64,000 nt of DNA from Candidatus Dojkabacteria bacterium (GTDB lineage: Bacteria; Patescibacteriota; Dojkabacteria; SC72; JAFGCJ01), in the NCBI GenBank assembly GCA_016932785.1, contig JAFGCJ010000002.1, positions 81,777-145,776 on the forward strand, written 5' to 3'. Made by a program: the position numbers and the translations under genes. This document shows, piece by piece, positions 17,490 through 26,088 of this stretch; within the stretch, counting starts at the first letter, position 1; every line of letters begins with the position of its first letter. The notes under the pieces were generated by a model that saw only the letters and a list, made by a program, of their open reading frames with translations, did no database searches and was not told where the DNA came from.

Positions 17490-18026
17490 TTAAAGCTCTT
17501 CTTCAAGGAGTTTTGCAATTAGCAAGGTTGACGAGTTGGCATTATATTCACGAGAAAGTCTTTTAAATAGGCCTCTTATCGGAAGCTCTATCATCTCTTG
17601 AATTTCGTTAATGTCGCGATTTGTCTTTCTCAGTTTAAAATCTGTGACCTTAAAATAGACTCTGTAGCCTGTAATATAAGAACCTTGTATAAATCTTACT
17701 ATTTCGTCATACTTACCTCCTGTAAGACCCATTTCTTCTTTTAACTCACGTTTAAGTTCCTCAAGGTTCTTGTGAAGGCTTCTGTGTGTTGCTCGTGCGG
17801 TTGTAAATTGGGTTATAACTTTCTGTGGGCCTATACGCCACTCTTTTGTCATAATGACATTGCCGTTTCTTACCGGAACACCATAGTAGGAAATTGGGGC
17901 AACACTTGCGTCCCATTCAACAATATTTCCGTTAGGTACCTTTATCTTGTACCTATCGACACGCATTTTTAGGGACTGGAAAACCGTTTTATTACCGAGT
18001 ATTTTGAAATCGAATCTTTTCTTCAT
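17490..18026 (-). CDS. Nudix hydrolase
   Basis: 178 aa. The Nudix-box remnant E-x7-RELKEEMGL matches REUxEExGU. Confidence 0.65.
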   Translation of the reverse strand: MKKRFDFKILGNKTVFQSLKMRVDRYKIKVPNGNIVEWDASVAPISYYGVPVRNGNVIMTKEWRIGPQKVITQFTTARATHRSLHKNLEELKRELKEEMGLTGGKYDEIVRFIQGSYITGYRVYFKVTDFKLRKTNRDINEIQEMIELPIRGLFKRLSREYNANSSTLLIAKLLEEEL

Positions 18027-18112
18027 ATAGCTTGATGTTGTGTGGATTGTAACATAATTATGTTGTTATGTCGATGTTTTTATTGAAATCGGTTAATAAA
18101 AGTGCAATTTCC

Positions 18113-18139
18113 TGTCACAGTTTGTCACTTAATTGTCAT
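18113..18139 (+). promoter_or_regulatory. Three phased direct repeats TGTCAC / TGTCAC / TGTCAT
   Basis: TGTCAC at 18113 and 18123, TGTCAT at 18134 (spacing 10 and 11 bp), in the divergent region between the Nudix gene and the small membrane ORF. Confidence 0.25.
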
Positions 18140-18200
18140 GCAAAGGTGATTCTTACGTGGTAATCAATATCTGTCGAAGAAAGGTAAATAAGGAGGCCTC

Positions 18201-18353
18201 ATGTACCATCAAAGAGATGGTGGTGGTAAGGGCAGGAGAATCCTTATAGGAGGAGCCCAAAATTTACTTGCATTAATATTGGCTATAGTCGGTACTGTAG
18301 CCTTTTTTGCAATAATTATTGGGATACCTTTGCTTCTGATCTTTCTTTTCTGA
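18201..18353 (+). CDS. Small (50 aa) single-pass membrane protein
   Basis: A strong SD (AAGGAGG) lies 5 nt upstream of the ATG. The product is MYHQRDGGGKGRRILIGGAQNLLALILAIVGTVAFFAIIIGIPLLLIFLF, with a basic N-terminus and a long hydrophobic helix. It is below the ORF-track length cutoff. Confidence 0.55.
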   Translation: MYHQRDGGGKGRRILIGGAQNLLALILAIVGTVAFFAIIIGIPLLLIFLF

Positions 18354-18381
18354 TTCTCGTCTGATTCTCGCTGCCCCGAAT

Positions 18382-18421
18382 GTCTGGGCCTGGCCCGATT
18401 TAATTCATGCCAGGCTCAGAC
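18382..18421. terminator. GC-rich long-loop hairpin between convergent genes
   Basis: GTCTGGGCCTGGC (18382-18394) / GCCAGGCTCAGAC (18409-18421): a 13-bp stem with one G-U pair and a 14-nt loop. No clear U-tract. Confidence 0.4.
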
Positions 18422-18428
18422 GCACCCT

Positions 18429-20081
18429 CTATTGACTTGTCTTTTTCGACATATAAAGGCCGTTTTCTCTAAAGCCCAATTTTTTGTAGTATTCCGTTGT
18501 CCCGACTGCCTGAATAACGGAAATTTTCTTGTACTTAGAGGAGTATTTTTCTGCAATATTTATTAAGTTCTTGCCTATTCCTGAGTGCTGACTAGCTTTA
18601 TCTCCTGAAGAACCTATTTGTAGTGACTTACCGTAGACGTGAATTTCACGGATTATTGAGGAGTTTTGAAGCTCGGGAAGAAAGTTATCCGAAAATTCTT
18701 TTTTGGCAGGAAGCAGAAGTCTTAAAAAACCAACAATCTTGTTACTGGTTGATGTTATATAGGAAATGAAGATTTCTTTACCAATCGGGGTCTCATATTT
18801 GATTATTTCTTCCTTAATCTTCTTCGGAATTTCTGATTTTATTTCTCGGCATCTTATGCATGTGCAGGGTGTGTTCGCTTCTATTAATTGCTGTTCTGCG
18901 ATTTGGCGTAGATTAGTTTTGGTATTACCTGCAATTATTTCGGGGGAAGGAATATCGCGGATAACTCGTGTAAGTCGGCAGTATTTAGGTGTGTGAAGCA
19001 TTAGTTGCTTAATGACGCTGGTTAATTGTTTCGTGCTATACGGCTTATATCTTTTATTCTGGTATAAATCGTATAATTTAGTACCTTTTATTATCGATGT
19101 TGGATAAATTTTTACTTCATCTGGTCTAAAGTCGTTGTTCCAAAGCCTTTTGTAATCTTCGACATCTTTTTTGTGATTTGATCCGTAGAGGTTCACCATC
19201 CAGTGGGCATGTATTTTGAATCCTGCCGACCGTAGTATTTTAAAGGCGTTTTTAGAGTGTTCAATGGTGTGTTGTCTGTTGTTCATTTTAAGTATCTTGT
19301 CATCTAGACTTTGGATTCCGATTTGGACTTTGGTTGCTCCGAGTTTTCTCATTCTGACAGCTTCTTCTTGTGTAATTTGATCGGGGCGAGTCTCAAAAGA
19401 AAGGCCCACGCATCTGTGCCTGGCCTTTTGATTTATGCCATGTTGCCGGTATAAATCATCCCAGGACGCGTTTTCATCAGCGGTTAATGAATTTTTAATG
19501 AAATCTAAGTCTGACCTTCGCTCTATGGGCTTATTTAGTGCTCTGAAGCATTCTTTTACAAACCAGATTTGATAGGATTCTGGGTAATATGACCATGTTC
19601 CGCCTATTACAATAAGCTCGACCTTATCCGTGTTATGACCTGTGTTTTGTAGTGCCTTTAGACGGTTATACACCTGCAGATATGGGTCAAAGTTGTACGT
19701 CACGGCTCTCTGAGCACCCGGCTCCGATGGTAAATAGCTTTTGGGCATGTCGGGTATATTTGGGCAAAATATGCAGTTGCCGGGGCATGGGTAGGGTTTG
19801 GTAAGAACTGTGACAGCAGACACTCCTGAAAGGGTTCTTGTGGGCTTCATAATAAGCCTATTTCGAAGTTGCGGGTTGGGCTTGAGTTGCTTGTTTTTGA
19901 CGAGATATTCGTAGCCGCTTAATAGTTGGTCCTTGCTAAAGAGGTATTTACCGTCTTTGGGGTATTTCCTGAGGATTTTCCTTAAGATATTGTTATCCCA
20001 GTCGTCTATTTTTATTATTTCTTTAAGGATATTTGTTAACTCTTTGCTGTATTTAGCCGGAGAAAAGTCTAGTTTTTTCAT
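18429..20081 (-). CDS. elp3: Elp3-like radical-SAM / GNAT fusion (tRNA U34 carboxymethyl-modification enzyme homologue)
   Basis: 550 aa. Radical-SAM cluster motif CPGNCIFCPN, a TIM-barrel region (VELIVIGGTWS, VGLSFETRPD, KVQIGIQS), and a C-terminal GNAT domain with QHSGIGKNLI. Confidence 0.8.
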   Translation of the reverse strand: MKKLDFSPAKYSKELTNILKEIIKIDDWDNNILRKILRKYPKDGKYLFSKDQLLSGYEYLVKNKQLKPNPQLRNRLIMKPTRTLSGVSAVTVLTKPYPCPGNCIFCPNIPDMPKSYLPSEPGAQRAVTYNFDPYLQVYNRLKALQNTGHNTDKVELIVIGGTWSYYPESYQIWFVKECFRALNKPIERRSDLDFIKNSLTADENASWDDLYRQHGINQKARHRCVGLSFETRPDQITQEEAVRMRKLGATKVQIGIQSLDDKILKMNNRQHTIEHSKNAFKILRSAGFKIHAHWMVNLYGSNHKKDVEDYKRLWNNDFRPDEVKIYPTSIIKGTKLYDLYQNKRYKPYSTKQLTSVIKQLMLHTPKYCRLTRVIRDIPSPEIIAGNTKTNLRQIAEQQLIEANTPCTCIRCREIKSEIPKKIKEEIIKYETPIGKEIFISYITSTSNKIVGFLRLLLPAKKEFSDNFLPELQNSSIIREIHVYGKSLQIGSSGDKASQHSGIGKNLINIAEKYSSKYKKISVIQAVGTTEYYKKLGFRENGLYMSKKTSQ

Positions 20082-20190
20082 TATTGGTTGATTATAACTG
20101 GTTATCGGTTGTAAGTTGAGGTATGTTGAAGTTGAGTATTGGTTGAGTAAAGGAAAATTTTGGGAGATTTTGTGCTTGGGGTTGAGCTGA

Positions 20191-20224
20191 CCGGGAAGGC
20201 GAAGTATTTCATTCGCCTTCCCGG
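20191..20224 (-). terminator. Perfect 12-bp GC-rich hairpin downstream of the lipoprotein gene
   Basis: CCGGGAAGGCGA agtatttcat TCGCCTTCCCGG. No adjacent U-tract on the minus strand. Confidence 0.4.
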
Positions 20225-20257
20225 CACCACGTGAGACCCAGGGCAGTGGGTCGCGTG

Positions 20258-20836
20258 CTAGCTCTCGAGATCAGTACTTTGGAGGTGAACTGCTGGGTCG
20301 GTTTTTTCGACATCATCCTTGTATATGGTAACCGGGGCCGCCATTGTTTGGCCTTCGTCTACAAATACTAGAAGGTGTATATAGCACCAGACTCCATCTG
20401 TTCCTTGAAGCGCGGTCTTGCTGTAGATGAACGCGTAAGGAAAGGGCATTTCTTCAGGAAGGGTGTATTCGAAGGTCTCTCCACCCATGTGAAGAAGAAC
20501 TTGTCTGGAATCCAATGGGTACTCTACCCCGGTTTTGATATTGTAGCCGGATTTTTGTACGACGAGCTCCAGTGACGTAGCGTCGACAATGTATGTCCTG
20601 GACAATACTGGCGTATCCAGCAGGATTATCTGCTCGTCCAGGACGCCTGATGTTACAGCTGTCGATGCCGGAAGTGATGTCGCGACAACAACTGCCATAG
20701 TCGAAGTGGTTGTGTTTGTCGCTTCAAACGTGCCTGGTTCTTGCGTGCTAGGGATTCCTATACTGCACCCCAGGAGGGTGAGAAGAAGGAATCCAATTGC
20801 GAGTCCGATGGATACTACTTTTCTGCTTTTCATCAT
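20258..20836 (-). CDS. Putative lipoprotein, function unknown
   Basis: The ATGATG at 20836 is preceded by AAAGGGGGAC. Signal peptide MMKSRKVVSIGLAIGFLLLTLLG|C has a lipobox (LLGC). The ORF is open upstream to 20914. Confidence 0.6.
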   Translation of the reverse strand: MMKSRKVVSIGLAIGFLLLTLLGCSIGIPSTQEPGTFEATNTTTSTMAVVVATSLPASTAVTSGVLDEQIILLDTPVLSRTYIVDATSLELVVQKSGYNIKTGVEYPLDSRQVLLHMGGETFEYTLPEEMPFPYAFIYSKTALQGTDGVWCYIHLLVFVDEGQTMAAPVTIYKDDVEKTDPAVHLQSTDLES

Positions 20837-21453
20837 TATCTGTTTTTGTCCCCCTTTATTTTTTGATCTAGGTAAAACCTCTCTTTTATGTCCTCTATCT
20901 GCAAGAGAACACAAATGAGAGGTCTACCTTCTCGAGAGCTTTTTAATGAGCAAGAACCTGTCCCAAATATGTCAATAATTGGTCCAGGATTCATTGAGAA
21001 GGAATTTTATCAGCCATAATTCAGAATTTCAAATTTTGTTGTTGCGTGTTAGCGACAGAATGTCTGGGTAAAACTATACATGAAATTTAGGCAATAGATG
21101 CCGCCTATTTCTTAATCACTAGTCTTACTAAATGGAGTCTTAAGAATTACTTCCAGGACAGTAAATACTAGATATTTTGATTTATGTGTTTGAAATACAC
21201 AAAAAGCTCTGTTTTTTTAGAAGGCATGATAGTGTTTTTTAGAAACTGTCATAATATTACAACTTACAAAATAATAATTTTATAAAAATTTTCATAATAT
21301 ATGTTTTTCCCTGAAAAATACTTGTTTCGTAACTAACAAATCTGACTCGGATAGCATAACCATATAAACGGTAAAACTTCTTAGACAGTATAGATTTGCA
21401 CTATCGGATTCTTTGGTTTAGAATTACAGACAAATTAATTAGGCTCAACACCA

Positions 21454-21879
21454 ATGGCTATACTCAAAAATCTAGTCCTATACTATATTACTAGTGTCTC
21501 GTCAGTATACTTGATGACACGTTTTCTTACTGGAGTGAAGGCTGAGAGTACTTTTGATATTTTGGTTATAGCTTTTTTTATTACGTTTGGTGTGTGGCTG
21601 TCTTCTTATTTTGCCAGGCAAATAACAAAGCATAAGTTTCTTTTGTTTTTCATATTTGGGACCGTGATAAATTTTTTTCTTTTGTATCTAGTTTCGCTTA
21701 TTATTCCGTCCACTACTGTTACAAGCGGTTATCTGAAGTTTATTGATATTCCATCGATTGATCTTCTGCTTGAAGTCAAGATCGATAATATAATGACGCT
21801 TCTTCTGGCTTCTGCAATTTCTATGGGGATTGCCGCTGCAACTCTTTGGTGTGTTACTGGGCCGCGAAAGACTGCCTAG
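21454..21879 (+). CDS. Four-TM membrane protein (possibly DUF360 / holin-IV-like)
   Basis: 141 aa with four hydrophobic segments. The family assignment is only a weak by-eye impression. Confidence 0.4.
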   Translation: MAILKNLVLYYITSVSSVYLMTRFLTGVKAESTFDILVIAFFITFGVWLSSYFARQITKHKFLLFFIFGTVINFFLLYLVSLIIPSTTVTSGYLKFIDIPSIDLLLEVKIDNIMTLLLASAISMGIAAATLWCVTGPRKTA

Positions 21880-21916
21880 TCGGTATTCATTATAAATCTG
21901 GGTAAAATTGTCAATG

Positions 21917-22504
21917 CTACTCTACCTCTATATCTAAGGCTTTGAATAGATTCAGGCCTTCCGGGAGAGAAAACCTTGCATCTTTGCAGTTGTTTTCACG
22001 AATATCAAGAAAGTAGTTTTTGGCTTGTGTAAAGTCTGTCTTTCTAAGATCGGTATTAATAAATCGTGATTTAAGAAGATCGGAACCCTTGAATATTGCC
22101 TTTGGAAGTTTCGCATCTGAGAAGTCTGCTTCGTGTATCTTGCAGTTTTCGAATTCTGATTCAGAAAGATCTGTTTCGAAAAATGAGCTAAAACTTAAGT
22201 CACATTCGTTGCACTTTAACTGTATGCCTATTTCTTTACGAAGGAGTGACCAGTCGATTCCAACAAGTTTGCAGTTTTCAAACGAACAGTCGGAAAGTTT
22301 TGAGTTTGTAAGTTTTATAAGGCTCAAGTTTGTTGAAGTAATGAGGCATTCCTCAAAGAGGCATTTCTTAAATTCGGACTCTGAAAAGTCACAGGACTCA
22401 AATTTGCAGTTAATAAACTCGGATTCAATAAGCTCCATCTTTGAAAACTTAAGGTCTTTGAAAGAAGTTTTCTCGTAGATTTTTTGCGATGAGAGTTTTG
22501 TCAT
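21917..22504 (-). CDS. Pentapeptide-repeat protein
   Basis: 195 aa made almost entirely of A(D/N)LxX-type pentapeptides (CKFESCDFSESEFKKCLFEECLITSTNLSLIKLTNSKLSDCSFENCKL...). The repeat also creates a long antisense shadow ORF (22020-22478). Confidence 0.85.
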   Translation of the reverse strand: MTKLSSQKIYEKTSFKDLKFSKMELIESEFINCKFESCDFSESEFKKCLFEECLITSTNLSLIKLTNSKLSDCSFENCKLVGIDWSLLRKEIGIQLKCNECDLSFSSFFETDLSESEFENCKIHEADFSDAKLPKAIFKGSDLLKSRFINTDLRKTDFTQAKNYFLDIRENNCKDARFSLPEGLNLFKALDIEVE

Positions 22505-22523
22505 TTGTTGATTTTGATATAAG

Positions 22524-23312
22524 TTATTCAGAATTAATATTTTTTACTGTACCGATAACAAGGGCTGTTCCTTCGTATCCAGCTCTTGGTCTTGTAGTGA
22601 TGTCTGTATTTTCGAATGATTTAATTTTGAAATCACCAACTCGAAGCGAGGATCGAAATATTTTTTCCAGATCAGATTTCTTCAGAGGCACGGAAGGAAA
22701 GAATGTTCCTAAGCCTGCAGGATAACCTTCCGATTCCAGCATATGCGCGGTTATAAATATACCACCTGGCTTGACTGATCTTAGTAATGACTCTATTGAA
22801 TTAACAAACGTTTTGGTGTTGTCCGAAATAGATTCTGTTGCAAAAAATGAACTAACTAAATCATATGCGTTCTCTTCTAGTTTAAAAATATCACCCTCAA
22901 CAACTTGAGCTTTTTTAGAGACAATGCTAAGCAAGTCTTTATCTAGGCTCATGATTTCGCACAATTTTTGTCCATATTTCTTCCATAGTTCTCTCTGATG
23001 AATGCTGCGTTTATCTTTGAAATTATTAAGGACCTCTTGAAGATACTTTACCCCATTTTGAGTGTACTCGATAAGGTGAATCTTCTTTGCTATTTGTGAG
23101 AATATCATTGCTGGAAATAGATTCGGGCCTGTACCAACGTCTGCTACTAGATCTAATGATTCGTATCCGAATTTGAATCCCCTGGATTTTAGCTCGTTTA
23201 CAAGAAAGACTATCATTTCTCGATCCTCAGGGATCATAGAGGAGTACCATTGATTAGCATAGTGATGAAAGTCAAAGGCATTCCAGTCCGAAGAATTTTG
23301 GGTATTGTTCAT
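22524..23312 (-). CDS. SAM-dependent methyltransferase of the NNMT/PNMT/TEMT family
   Basis: By-eye alignment to human NNMT: [11 protein letters not shown] vs [51 protein letters not shown] vs [62 protein letters not shown] vs LLKPGGFLVIMDALKSSYY. Confidence 0.65.
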   Translation of the reverse strand: [262 protein letters not shown]

Positions 23313-23349
23313 GGACGGCTTTATTATACTATTTCAAAATATCAGTTCT

Positions 23350-24036
23350 CTATTCATCAAGTTCCCACATAATAACATCCATCAACCCTTTTCTATATTC
23401 AGATGATAGATCATGGTCTCCTTCAACATTAATAATCCTAGTATTCAAGATTTTCCTAAGGTCGGTGAAATCCATGACTTGATCATCGACAGCATAGATT
23501 AGTGTCAATTTTGTCTTAAATGCAATATCGTTGTATAGTGAAACAACATCTGTATTAAAACGTTCCTGCCAATATTCCGGAGGAATAATCGTTGTTGAAC
23601 CGTCTGATCTCTTTCTTTTTGAAACTCCGTTGAAGTTCAAAATATTCCCGGGTTTTGAAGTGTATCGTCTTCTGATGTCGTTTATGTTGGTGTGAAAGAA
23701 TGGTGATATCCCGATGACCTTGCTTACTTTCGAGATGTTATTGCATAACGCTGGAATCAGGCTTCCCTGTGAATGTCCAATGAGTACAATGTCTTCATAG
23801 TTGGAATTTCTCTTGAGTTCGTCAATTTGGTCCTGAAGTATTTTAGCCTGAGCTGAGAAAGGGAGTCCAAAAAGCTCCTTTGTCTTTTCGTCAAACTTAT
23901 TGTAATCAAATAATTTTGTTTTGTATCCTAGGGTGCTTAACTTTTTTGATAAATGTGTGAATAATCCTCTTGCATCCTGCCTTACTCCAAAGCCATGTGA
24001 AAATAGTATTACGGTTTTTGTTGGGTCGAAGATCAT
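23350..24036 (-). CDS. Alpha/beta-fold hydrolase
   Basis: Start MIFDPTKTVILFSHGFG (ATG 24036). Nucleophile elbow GHSQGS and a late GDHD motif. The ORF-track N-terminal extension (to 24096) runs into tRNA-Asp and is rejected. Confidence 0.75.
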   Translation of the reverse strand: MIFDPTKTVILFSHGFGVRQDARGLFTHLSKKLSTLGYKTKLFDYNKFDEKTKELFGLPFSAQAKILQDQIDELKRNSNYEDIVLIGHSQGSLIPALCNNISKVSKVIGISPFFHTNINDIRRRYTSKPGNILNFNGVSKRKRSDGSTTIIPPEYWQERFNTDVVSLYNDIAFKTKLTLIYAVDDQVMDFTDLRKILNTRIINVEGDHDLSSEYRKGLMDVIMWELDE

Positions 24037-24062
24037 AGAAAGTATTCTATCACAATGGGGAA

Positions 24063-24139
24063 TGGCGGGGCGGACGGGATTCGAACCCGCGACCACTGCA
24101 GTGACAGTGCAGTATTCTATCCAGCTGAACTACCGCCCC
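24063..24139 (-). tRNA. tRNA-Asp (GTC), 3' CCA encoded
   Basis: GGGGCGG..CCGCCCC acceptor, anticodon stem CTGCA/TGCAG with loop CTGTCAC, TTCGAAT T-loop, and a GCCA end. Confidence 0.9.
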
Positions 24140-24259
24140 AATTACTTTTTTTGCTTTCTCTAGGGAACTTTAAAAGTACGAAAAGTTGAACTTGCCTAAT
24201 ATATCTAATAAAATCTATTTCGTCAATTATAGGCAGATAATAAACTTTTAATTATTGAT

Positions 24260-25090
24260 ATGGGAGTTGTTGGTAGGTCAATAGAGTCAGTCAATAAGGT
24301 GTTTTCCGATAGGAGACTTATTTGGAAAGCTGGATTTCTTTTTGGCATAAATTTGATTTTAAATCTAATTTCTTTTGCTGTCAGGGCGAGTTCCTCGGTT
24401 GTAACATTTATTCCTGATAGCTACGGACAGGGATATAAAGATTTTTTTTCAATTTTCTTATCGTGGATATTGCCTATGTTAATAAGTTTCCTTACTCTTC
24501 CTGTTTGGCTGTATCAAAAAGGCTATGCCTACTCTATTTCTAATAATATTAGAAAAGGACTTGATGAATCTGTAGTTCCTGAGCACCAAAACATAAGAGA
24601 AAAAATTAAACTCGGAGGAGTTTATTTAACAATAGAATATACTCTGGTTATGCCGTTTGCTATTGCGAGTTTGGTTCCTGTAATTGTTTTTAGTGTTTAT
24701 CCTTCTATTCTAGATTCTCTCAATATTTCTACATCATTGATAATTGTTGCGGCAACAATTTTTGTGGCTATTGCTTTCGCCATAATATTTCTCCTTATCG
24801 ATAGTATTGTGGTACCAATCATGATGTATCTTTATCTAAAAACAGGATCACTTGTTCAGGCATTTTCTTTTAAATCTTTTATCAAGATTCTTGGCAGTGA
24901 ATGGTCGGCGTGGATCTATATGGTAATTCTTTCAATTACTATTGCTGTTATAACGATGGTAGTAAGAGTGGTTCTTTGTTTTCTGTCAGTCGCGGCGGGG
25001 CCGTTTATTCAGACGATATCGTATCTTATTACCAGTGCGGTACTAGGTGGCATATACTATAATATTGATGCTCGTTATAGGAAGAAATAG
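24260..25090 (+). CDS. Multi-pass membrane protein, function unknown
   Basis: 276 aa with about 6 hydrophobic helices. No motif recognised. Confidence 0.55.
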   Translation: MGVVGRSIESVNKVFSDRRLIWKAGFLFGINLILNLISFAVRASSSVVTFIPDSYGQGYKDFFSIFLSWILPMLISFLTLPVWLYQKGYAYSISNNIRKGLDESVVPEHQNIREKIKLGGVYLTIEYTLVMPFAIASLVPVIVFSVYPSILDSLNISTSLIIVAATIFVAIAFAIIFLLIDSIVVPIMMYLYLKTGSLVQAFSFKSFIKILGSEWSAWIYMVILSITIAVITMVVRVVLCFLSVAAGPFIQTISYLITSAVLGGIYYNIDARYRKK

Positions 25091-25103
25091 AACCTACAAT
25101 TTT

Positions 25104-25177
25104 GCGGGAGTAATTCAGTTGGCTAGAATGTCTGCTTCCCAAGCAGAATGCCGCGGGTTCGAATCCCGTCTCCCGCT
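25104..25177 (+). tRNA. tRNA-Gly (CCC)
   Basis: Acceptor GCGGGAG/CTCCCGC, anticodon stem TCTGC/GCAGA with loop TTCCCAA, T-loop TTCGAAT. Confidence 0.9.
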
Positions 25178-25233
25178 CTTTTTTGAGATCTGTTAAGATA
25201 TAAGAAGTAACTTCCGGAATATAAATTCTATGA

Positions 25234-25980
25234 ATGACAACTATGCCCACAAAATCAAAGTCTTCCTCAACTCCTAAGAAGCAAGATATTAAAAAGAGTA
25301 AGCCAAATGTAGATACTCAAAAACAAGATATCACAAGCCAGACTGATGTTTCTTCAGGTCAAAAGTCAAAATCTGGGTTTAGTATATCTAGGAAAGGAAC
25401 GGTAGCTATTCTCGTTGCGTTATTTATTGTTCTTATTCTTTCCGTGGGTGCAGCTGTTGTCGGATATATGTATTTTACTGACAACGATAATAATGATGAT
25501 ACAGATAGAGAAGCAGAAAAGTCTGAAGATGAAAATAAGGATGATGAGGGTGAGGACGAGGAAGAAACGGAGGAAGATGAAACACCTCAGGCAGATAATA
25601 GCTGTGTAGCAACTGGATTTGACGGCCATAGATATGATTCGGGTGAGTCATATACAACAGCTGATGGATGTCAGACTTGTACGTGTGATAATGGTGCGTG
25701 GGACTGCGAGGAGGATCCATCATGTGCTACTGAAGTTGCCGGTCCCTATGATTGTGTTCATGATGGAGTTATTTATCATGATGGTGAGTCGTATACTATT
25801 GATGCCTGTAGAGAAAGAACGTGTATGAGTGGTATGTGGGGGTATGTAATCGATACCGCATGTTGTTACTATGATGGTGAATACCATGAGAGCGGAAGCT
25901 CTTTCCCATCAATTGACGGTTGTAATACGTGCAATTGTACTAATGGCTCAATCGGGTGTACATTGATGCTTTGTCCTTAG
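25234..25980 (+). CDS. Membrane-anchored protein with acidic linker and three VWC/chordin-like cysteine-rich repeats
   Basis: Lys/Ser-rich N-terminus, one TM helix (VAILVALFIVLILSVGAAVVGYMYF), and a D/E-rich linker. Three repeats: CVATGFDGHRYDSGESYTTADGCQTCTCDNGAWDCEEDPSC / CVHDGVIYHDGESYTIDACRERTCMSGMWGYVIDTAC / CYYDGEYHESGSSFPSIDGCNTCNCTNGSIGCTLMLC. Confidence 0.6.
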   Translation: MTTMPTKSKSSSTPKKQDIKKSKPNVDTQKQDITSQTDVSSGQKSKSGFSISRKGTVAILVALFIVLILSVGAAVVGYMYFTDNDNNDDTDREAEKSEDENKDDEGEDEEETEEDETPQADNSCVATGFDGHRYDSGESYTTADGCQTCTCDNGAWDCEEDPSCATEVAGPYDCVHDGVIYHDGESYTIDACRERTCMSGMWGYVIDTACCYYDGEYHESGSSFPSIDGCNTCNCTNGSIGCTLMLCP

Positions 25981-26088
25981 CCGATACATAGTATTATTTC
26001 TGGTTATATCTGACTGTTGTTTCTTTTCGCCGTATTTATCGTCTATAAATATGATATTATGAAATAAATAAACTCTAATGGACTTCAA

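Noticed and set aside
20258-20836. Apparent high-GC islets suggesting horizontal transfer. Hand-counted 100-nt samples gave 51/100 G+C at 20261-20360 and 52/100 at 47941-48040, versus 35/100 at 21461-21560.
   Set aside because: Hand counts in core genes gave similar values: ftsZ 51/100 at 44601-44700 and ppdK 49/100 at 57201-57300. GC content is heterogeneous across the window and is not evidence of foreign origin.
25029-25250. ORF-track entries overlapping tRNA genes (25029-25250, 23921-24163, 32813-33007, 63686-63895, and the N-terminal extension of 23350-24096).
   Set aside because: Each is explained by a well-folding tRNA (Gly, Asp, Glu, Val) on one strand. The translated products contain tRNA-derived sequence such as GFEPA.
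25415-25723. Cluster of overlapping 64-82-aa ORFs in several frames.
   Set aside because: They fall in the GAT/GAA-rich acidic-linker region of the 25234-25980 gene. The repetitive purine-rich codons keep the other frames open by chance.
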